Part shown: positions 57,308 to 64,000 of the stretch, piece after piece
Position numbering within the stretch: the first letter of the stretch is position 1
How the letters are laid out: the number at the start of each line of letters is the position of its first letter
Virus record (IMG/VR): IMGVR_UViG_3300022719_000071
Coordinates: 296,470-360,469 of that record
DNA length: 64,000 bases
From: a virus
Lineage: Duplodnaviria; Caudoviricetes
Strand: one strand, 5' to 3'
The notes under the pieces: model-generated
The model's input: only the letters and a program-made list of their open reading frames with translations
Databases searched by the model: none
What the model was told of the DNA's origin: nothing
Translations under genes and position numbers: made by a program

Positions 57308-57448
57308 ATGAGGTTGTATGAATTCTTAAAACTAACCGAGTCACGAAAAATTAGCTGGTTAGCTGATGTCATCTATGACCAACTGGTGCATGGTGATTGG
57401 ACCGATGAAAGCGGGTATCAATTATCACCAAGATCTTTCCAAAAGTAG
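57308..57448 (+). pseudogene. Leader-bearing stub truncated by a convergent gene
   Basis: MRLYEFLKLTESRK...; first 12 aa identical to 47598. Confidence 0.55.
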
Positions 57449-57921
57449 TCTTCTTCGATCTGTTCCTTGTTGAGTTGGATGGAAAGTATAAATTTTGTTT
57501 CTTTCTCATGGATGGTGATGTCTCCATTACTACAACTACCTTTGATATGGCGTGGGTCTTTGCTTTCTTCGAAATGTATGTTATCGAAGAGTTCAGCTAC
57601 ATGCGTGGGAATTACCGAGAGAAGCTGTCGCCTTCTCTTGCGCATTTGGTGGATTTGGTTGACACGCTCATTGTAAGGGAGAATTTCCCCCTTCACAATT
57701 TTATTGTGTAACCGGGAAATGTAATTCTCAGCTTCCTGGAGGTTGCAGAAGAAAAAAGGGGATTTATAAACGTATTCAAGGGACACCCAGGAGTCATCCA
57801 GGTGAATCTTGGGAAACCAGTTTCTAATTTTTCCGGTGAGCCTGATAACACCGTACGTGTGCAGGCAACGAGCTTGGTACAATCCTTTCCTGAGCTTTTG
57901 AAGATGTTTCTGAGTATTCAT
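57418..57921 (-). CDS. Hypothetical protein with its own sigma70-like promoter
   Basis: TTGACA-N16-TATCAT and GGTGA RBS before MNTQKHL. Confidence 0.55.
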   Translation of the reverse strand: MNTQKHLQKLRKGLYQARCLHTYGVIRLTGKIRNWFPKIHLDDSWVSLEYVYKSPFFFCNLQEAENYISRLHNKIVKGEILPYNERVNQIHQMRKRRRQLLSVIPTHVAELFDNIHFEESKDPRHIKGSCSNGDITIHEKETKFILSIQLNKEQIEEDYFWKDLGDN

Positions 57922-58006
57922 AATCACCATGATATCCGTTTCCTGACAAATGTCAATAGTATGGTGGTATGAGTAAATATGAACAAGAGGAAGACCACAA
58001 TAAACC

Positions 58007-58300
58007 ATGAGAGCTTATACTTTTGAACAGTTTGCCAAGGAGCATGGTGTATCTGTGAAAAAGATCGATGCTGAGCTACCAAACTACTACACGAGGATAG
58101 AGAAGATGAAAGAGTCAGAGGTTGAGAAGATTTGTCGTTTAGCTGGATTAAACGAAATGGATGAACAAGGTGGTGGGGTAGACCAGAAGAAGCTAGTCAA
58201 CGGTTTGAAGAAGATTAGGGGTCATCTGATTGCTGGTCAAACCGAATCTGCTCTGACTATCGTGAATATGATACTACGTAGTTTGAAGTCTCAATCCTGA
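58007..58300 (+). CDS. Probable head-associated protein
   Basis: MRAYTFEQF; ICRLAGLNE; TAAATA upstream. Confidence 0.55.
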   Translation: MRAYTFEQFAKEHGVSVKKIDAELPNYYTRIEKMKESEVEKICRLAGLNEMDEQGGGVDQKKLVNGLKKIRGHLIAGQTESALTIVNMILRSLKSQS

Positions 58301-58372
58301 GCCAAGTCCCCCGACGGTTTTATAGTGCTAAATATAGCATAACTGTTAGCAACAAAAACAGAGAGTTCCTTA

Positions 58373-59989
58373 ATGGCTCAGTTTAGAGATCACTTCTCGG
58401 GCACTGTCCGTACGACAAAAGACGACCTACGTTATGGTCCATTGAAGTGGAGACGTGTCAATACGCTTCCCGCTGATACATTTGGACGTAATGGCGATTT
58501 TGTCATTGTGGACAATACCGCTATATCAAGCGAAGAAACCGCTATAACAGCGACTCCGGTCGATGTATCCTTGTGTCAGAAGATCCCGTTTGTTGTTACT
58601 GGCGGCACATTCACCATTACCGCAGCCTCTGGTGTCTATGTCATTACCATCGCCACGATGAATGACTTCGTTGATCAGGTCAATCGAGCCAATATTCCAG
58701 AACTTCGAGTTGAATACTCCAATCCTAAAACCCCTGATGGTGGTAACAACTTCATTCTTCACGCAAACTCGGTAACGTTTGCTGACGGCACATCTGACTT
58801 ACCGAGCGTGTTGGGTATTGCTGGTTTACAAGTTGGCGATGTAGTTGTAGCTACCGGAACATGGGAATGTTTCACGGTAGGAACCACGGCGGTTGATGTT
58901 TTGTTTGGTGGTGTACCGGTAATAGGAGCACCATTCACTGATTTGAATTTTACTGGTACTGGTGTCACATCGGTAGTCGATGCTGGTTCAGGCAGAGTTG
59001 ATATAACGATTTCTGGCGGCGGTGGTCCTGCTTATGGTGTGATCATTGGAGACACGGGCACGGCGACTGCTACCGTGGCTTCAGAGACCATCACATTTGG
59101 TGGTATTGGTATTGATGTGGTAGCGACCGATGCTGGTGCTGGATTGGACACGATCTTGTTCAATTTGGACATTTCGGATTTGCCCGCTGGTGGTGGTACT
59201 CCGGTCGGAACGGACACAATTGCTATCAATGATGGTGGTACCACGGTTTCATATCCATTGTCAAGTTTGGCTGGTTTGTTTGGTGGAGTTGGATACGGTT
59301 CTATTGCTGGTGGTGATGGTGGCACAGCTACAGCCACTACGGCATCTGAACTGATTACGTTCAATGGTACTGGTATCAACATCACATCCATGGATGTTGG
59401 CGCTGGTGCTGATACGACTAACTTTGTTCTAGACATTGAGGACTTGCCCGATGGTGTTGGTCCGCTTACAAGCACCGATGAGATCGCTGTAGACGATGGC
59501 GGTACGACCCAGAGATTTACTCTTGAGGAAGTCAAGGAGGCTGTGCTTCCTGGCATAACCATCACGTTCATCAATGGTCAGCCAATGCTGACTTTGGAGG
59601 ACACGACCCGAGGCGACAAGATTTTGAGTGTTGCTGAACAGTCAATGATATTTTCGGATGCTCAATTGAGTCATTTGAAGTGGTTGGAAATTGGTGATGC
59701 CAATGATGGTGACTCTGGATACATCATGGATTTCGATGGGACGTTAGTGTATGCCACAGGTCATTGTGAGAACACCGCAGCGAATAGCAAGGATATTCAT
59801 TTATTCATTAATGGGGTGGACAATGGAAGCTTGGGAACGCTGTCTGGAGGAGCCAACTCCACATTTACTGATGTCACTTTGGACATTGATTTCAACCAAG
59901 GTGACAAAATTAGATTACAAGCGCAGGGTTCCGGAACCGGATCAATTGAAGATACAGTTGTGAAGATTACCGTAAAATGGCGTGGATGA
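58373..59989 (+). CDS. Fibre-like structural protein with two ~85-aa repeats
   Basis: GDTGTATA..ETITFGG repeats; C-terminal domain shared with 60062; TAAATA at 58329. Confidence 0.7.
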   Translation: MAQFRDHFSGTVRTTKDDLRYGPLKWRRVNTLPADTFGRNGDFVIVDNTAISSEETAITATPVDVSLCQKIPFVVTGGTFTITAASGVYVITIATMNDFVDQVNRANIPELRVEYSNPKTPDGGNNFILHANSVTFADGTSDLPSVLGIAGLQVGDVVVATGTWECFTVGTTAVDVLFGGVPVIGAPFTDLNFTGTGVTSVVDAGSGRVDITISGGGGPAYGVIIGDTGTATATVASETITFGGIGIDVVATDAGAGLDTILFNLDISDLPAGGGTPVGTDTIAINDGGTTVSYPLSSLAGLFGGVGYGSIAGGDGGTATATTASELITFNGTGINITSMDVGAGADTTNFVLDIEDLPDGVGPLTSTDEIAVDDGGTTQRFTLEEVKEAVLPGITITFINGQPMLTLEDTTRGDKILSVAEQSMIFSDAQLSHLKWLEIGDANDGDSGYIMDFDGTLVYATGHCENTAANSKDIHLFINGVDNGSLGTLSGGANSTFTDVTLDIDFNQGDKIRLQAQGSGTGSIEDTVVKITVKWRG

Positions 59990-60061
59990 TGAACAATGAA
60001 GAGAGGCGGGCTAAATACAAATGCTCGTTTCTATAAGAAGAATAATTGGAGATAACTAAAC

Positions 60062-63000
60062 ATGTCTGGTTTTAAGGTAGAACTACAAACAGCAGGTCCG
60101 CACGTTGTTACCGATTTGGGATTGACGCTTAATGGTGCAATTGGCACCGTTGTGGATTTGACTGCTGAGGAACCAAATAATATTGCTCGAAGTGCGGACC
60201 TCGAAGCTTTGGTAACTAGCGGTGACATTCTAGTAGTAGATGCTAGAGACGACACCGACACTACGATCATGACTTTAGCGAATTCCCTGGAGGCAATTCG
60301 CAATCATAACGACACCCACTTTGGTATCACTGGCGGACGATTTGGTGGTGTTGATGATCCAACGGTTACTCCAACGGACGGTTTCATTATCCAATATGAC
60401 TCTGGTGGTGATACCGTTGAATATATTGACCCTGCCACTCTGGTAACTCAGGCTCCAGTTCAGGAAGCCATCGAGGATATCGTTGGTGGTATGGGTATCG
60501 ACGGTACGGATACTACCTTCACGTATGTTGACGGCGCTGGAACCATTCAGTGGAACGTAGATGACGTATTCCTGCGCAACACTGGCGACACTCTTGATTC
60601 CGGTACTTTTACAATTGCTTCCGGTGCTACGGTTGATTTCCCAACAGGTTCTAATCTCACCATAGCTGGTGATGTCTCTTCTGCTACCATCGAGACTCCA
60701 GTAGGTGGATTCGTTAATGACAATGACCTTATCAACAAGTTATATGTTGATCAAGTTGCTTCTGGTTTAGACTGGAAGGAATCTGCACGAGCATCCACCA
60801 CGATTGCTGATGGTGATATCACAGGTGGATCGTTTGGTGGTACCTATACTGCTGGTGGTGGTCCAAACGCCTCCGGTGAGTTCACAGGTGTTGATCTGTC
60901 TGCTGGTACTGGCGGTACGATTGATGGTATCAATTTTACAGGTACATCTTCAACTGGTTTCGTAGTTGGTGACCGTATTGTCATCAAGAATCAGACTGAC
61001 AAAACTCAAAACGGTATCTACGAGATTACGGCTGCTCCAACGGATGATAATGTAACACTGACTCGTGCCGGAGACCACGATGGTACTCCAACGTCTGAGA
61101 TATCCGGTGGTAACACGATTTTCATCGAAGACACGACAGCTATTAATGCTACGTCTGTTAATTCCAACACGGCTTGGTCCGTAATCTTTGATGGCGAGGT
61201 CACGCTGAATACGGATGATATTGAGTGGACACAAATTTCTGGTCCTGGATCGTTCATCGCTCGTTATGGTTTGTCCCGTGATGGTGTCATCATTGACTTG
61301 GATTTGGACGACCTGTCTACTGCTACCATTACTGCATCGGATGAAATTGGATTCCACGATGCCGATGGTACTGCCAACTCCTCTGGTTCGCAGACTCGTA
61401 AGACGACGATGCAGAGTCTTATGGACGATCTTGAAATCGTTAATGCTGTTGGTACTGGGACCGGTATCATCGTTAAGACTGCTGATGGTCCACCTGACAC
61501 GTACACAACCCGTGCTATCGAAGTAGAGGGTGTTGGAGATCTAGATGGTTTGGCCATCACCGATGGCGATGGTGTTACTGGTAACCCAACTTTGGGACTG
61601 GACATTGAGGGATTGCCTGTTCGTTCTGACGCAATAGACGGTACTGATCGTGTTCCTGTTTGGAACTCGTCCATTGATGCAAATGAATACTACACGATTT
61701 CTGAGATTGCTAGTGTTGTTGGTGTTCCCGACTCGTTTTCTACCTGGGCACGTGCTGGTAACGGTACTGGTGCTGATGTAATTGCTGATAGCTCTGCTGA
61801 CACTGTTACTATCACCGGTGGTATCGGTATTGACATTAATACGGTACCTGCTACTGATACGGTAACCTGGAACTTCACCAATTCTGGTATGGCTAACACA
61901 GCTATCGCCACGACTGATGCAATTCCATTTTTTGATGCATCTAACTCTGATGAAGCTGAATTTCGTACAGTATCCGATTTGATTACCGATCTGGGTCTGT
62001 TGACCTCTGGTAACCAAATGGTATTCACATCCGTAACGGGTGACACTGGAACGGCAACGGCTGATACAAACTCTGATACTATCTCTCTGGTGGGTGCTAC
62101 TAGCGGTGGTATTACCACAATTGCAACGGATGGTCCGGAAAGTGTATTGTTTAGCATTACACCAATTGATTTGGTTACTGGTACTGCTACGTTGGCTCTT
62201 AATGACTTTATCATTGTCAGTGACTCTACTGATACGGCAACGACCATTGCACAGAAGTACACCTTCACTGATGTAATTGATGATCTTGGCATTCTGACTT
62301 CTGGTAACAGCCTGTATTGGGAGGATGTCGCAATTGGTGGTAACCAGCTTGGTGACGCCACGGTATCTCCTGCAACGGCTGCTGACACGCTCACACTGGC
62401 TGGTGGTACAGGTATCACTGCAAGTGGTTCTGATGCTTCTGATACCATCACGTTTGCATTCGCCCGTGTAGGACTTGCTGACACTGCGATTACTGGTGCT
62501 GATACGGTTCCGTTCTTTGATGCTTCTAATGCAAACGATCCTGAATATCGTTCGTGGTCGAATATCATCACTGACCTTGGTCTGAACACCACGGGTAACA
62601 CGTTCTTCTGGGGTAATATTAACACTACTGGTAACACAGTTGGTGATACTACTCCTGCTGCTAATCCGGATGCTTCTAATGACACGTTAACCTTCAACGC
62701 TGGTATCGGTATTACGTTGACTGGTACGGCTGTCTCGGACACGTTGTCCTGGGCATTCAGTCGTGCTGGCATGGCCGACACGGCTGTGGTGGCTGCTGAC
62801 ACGATTCCATTTTTTGATTCGTCCAACACGAACGAGCCAGAGTTTCGTTCGTTCTCTGATGTCTTCGATGACTTGGATGTACCAAATGGTATTGGTACGA
62901 ACGGAATTATCGTACGAACGGCTGCTGACACCTACGCATCTCGTACCATTGTGGCATCTGCTGATGAAGATGAGCTAGGAGCAACAGTCACGAATGGTGA

Positions 63001-63625
63001 CGGTGTTGCTGGTAACCCAACCATCGGCGTTGACATCGTTGGTCAGACTGATCCAGACGATGATATGGCTGCTGCGGATGAATTCCTGGTTCATGATAAG
63101 TCGGAAGGAACTGCTGGTGCCAACCGCAAGATCACAGGTCAGAATATTGCTGACGGTGTTGCTACTATTCTTGGCTTGGACAATGATCTCGCATTCAGCA
63201 CGATTAACGGTCAGGAAATTCTTACCTTCACCGATCCAAATCGTTCCAAGACTCTATCCATCGATTCACACACGTATCAGTACAGCGATGACTCTTTGGA
63301 TGATGGTTCTTGGATTGAGATTGGTAACGCAATTGACACGGATGTTGGTCACATTATGCCATTTAATGGAACGCTTGTTGGTATTACGGCTATGTCTGAG
63401 AATCCAGGCGGCAACACATTCGAGATTGATCTGTTCATCAACGGTGCACTGAGCACGGCTGGTATTGCAACTCTTACGGGAACCGGTGTTGATATTGATG
63501 TAGATATGACATTGGATATCAACTTCTCTCAGGGTGATCGTCTACGACTACAGGTTGATCGTACCGCTGGTACTGGAACCATGGGTGATACGGTTGTTAA
63601 TCTGATTGTTCGCTGGAGAGCATAA
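60062..63625 (+). CDS. Long fibre-like structural protein with four ~95-aa repeats
   Basis: NKLYVD..ASGLDWKESARA; IKNQTDKTQNGIY; DTIPFFD repeats; TAAATA at 60012. Confidence 0.75.
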   Translation: MSGFKVELQTAGPHVVTDLGLTLNGAIGTVVDLTAEEPNNIARSADLEALVTSGDILVVDARDDTDTTIMTLANSLEAIRNHNDTHFGITGGRFGGVDDPTVTPTDGFIIQYDSGGDTVEYIDPATLVTQAPVQEAIEDIVGGMGIDGTDTTFTYVDGAGTIQWNVDDVFLRNTGDTLDSGTFTIASGATVDFPTGSNLTIAGDVSSATIETPVGGFVNDNDLINKLYVDQVASGLDWKESARASTTIADGDITGGSFGGTYTAGGGPNASGEFTGVDLSAGTGGTIDGINFTGTSSTGFVVGDRIVIKNQTDKTQNGIYEITAAPTDDNVTLTRAGDHDGTPTSEISGGNTIFIEDTTAINATSVNSNTAWSVIFDGEVTLNTDDIEWTQISGPGSFIARYGLSRDGVIIDLDLDDLSTATITASDEIGFHDADGTANSSGSQTRKTTMQSLMDDLEIVNAVGTGTGIIVKTADGPPDTYTTRAIEVEGVGDLDGLAITDGDGVTGNPTLGLDIEGLPVRSDAIDGTDRVPVWNSSIDANEYYTISEIASVVGVPDSFSTWARAGNGTGADVIADSSADTVTITGGIGIDINTVPATDTVTWNFTNSGMANTAIATTDAIPFFDASNSDEAEFRTVSDLITDLGLLTSGNQMVFTSVTGDTGTATADTNSDTISLVGATSGGITTIATDGPESVLFSITPIDLVTGTATLALNDFIIVSDSTDTATTIAQKYTFTDVIDDLGILTSGNSLYWEDVAIGGNQLGDATVSPATAADTLTLAGGTGITASGSDASDTITFAFARVGLADTAITGADTVPFFDASNANDPEYRSWSNIITDLGLNTTGNTFFWGNINTTGNTVGDTTPAANPDASNDTLTFNAGIGITLTGTAVSDTLSWAFSRAGMADTAVVAADTIPFFDSSNTNEPEFRSFSDVFDDLDVPNGIGTNGIIVRTAADTYASRTIVASADEDELGATVTNGDGVAGNPTIGVDIVGQTDPDDDMAAADEFLVHDKSEGTAGANRKITGQNIADGVATILGLDNDLAFSTINGQEILTFTDPNRSKTLSIDSHTYQYSDDSLDDGSWIEIGNAIDTDVGHIMPFNGTLVGITAMSENPGGNTFEIDLFINGALSTAGIATLTGTGVDIDVDMTLDINFSQGDRLRLQVDRTAGTGTMGDTVVNLIVRWRA

Positions 63626-63643
63626 GCATAGCGAGACTAATAC

Positions 63644-64000
63644 ATGGCACTCAACATTGAGAATACAAGTGGATCACCACTGGCGATTAACGACTTGGGT
63701 ATTGAATTATCGGTTGGTCAAATTGTTGACCTATCGTTGGTCGAGAACCCATTCATCATTGCGAATAGTGCCAATGGTGGAGACCTTGATGCGTTAATCA
63801 CTGCTCCTTCTATCAGCGTCAAAGATCCAATTGACGGCATTACAGCTTTGTCTGTAGCTGATGGTTTGGAAGCAGTTAGAACCATGAATGAGACCCACTG
63901 GCGTATGCCAACTGGTTCTCGCATTGGTGATATCTCTGATGTTGACATTTCTAGTGCTTCTCCGGGTGACGTTCTGCGCTTGGGTAGTAGTGGTGGTTGG
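63644..64000 (+). CDS. Structural protein, 3'-truncated by window edge; N-terminus paralogous to 60062
   Basis: MALNIENTSGSPLAINDLGIEL...VDL...EAVRTMNETHW vs VVTDLGLTL...VDL...EAIRNHNDTHF. Confidence 0.7.
   Translation, partial: MALNIENTSGSPLAINDLGIELSVGQIVDLSLVENPFIIANSANGGDLDALITAPSISVKDPIDGITALSVADGLEAVRTMNETHWRMPTGSRIGDISDVDISSASPGDVLRLGSSGGW

Noticed and set aside
1-64000. Genome-wide TAG reassignment
   Set aside because: Long genes are intact under the standard code and TAG ends plausible genes (28094, 30280, 31185, 42554); only one suspicious amber was found

Overview
A 64-kb segment of a large, T4-superfamily-like (probably jumbo) dsDNA phage genome; the host cannot be determined from this window. 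Recognisable genes: intein-containing class II ribonucleotide reductase (5'-truncated), metallophosphoesterase, amidoligase-like protein, ClpS, Ro60/TROVE, flavodoxin-like protein, DnaE fragment, IscA/ErpA, SF1 helicase, GroES-like protein, clamp-loader subunit, SAM methyltransferase, DUF932, PhoH, a radical SAM-NadM/Nudix-NAMPT cluster, and fibre-like structural genes at the right end. Two promoter classes are visible: sigma70-like TTGAC-N16-18-TAnnnT and late-type TAAATA. Main observations: (1) two tandem Y-RNA-like ncRNAs, one YrlA-like with permuted tRNA arms, plus a terminator and possible attenuator directly upstream of Ro60; (2) about 17 ORFs and stubs sharing an M[KR]Lx[EQD][FL]...(L/I)xE N-terminal leader resembling a capsid-targeting signal, fused to diverse enzymes (kinase, GNAT, ParB-like, zincin-like, PcfJ-like, amidoligase), with DNA-level signs of leader shuffling; (3) identical-geometry RBS hairpins on all three NAD-cluster genes; (4) a seven-member tandem paralog array with an unrecognised YDxW(N)F domain; (5) a microhomology duplication with cassette swap of a fibre-like gene; (6) a 44-bp near-perfect palindrome. 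All family assignments come from motif recognition by eye; no searches were run.
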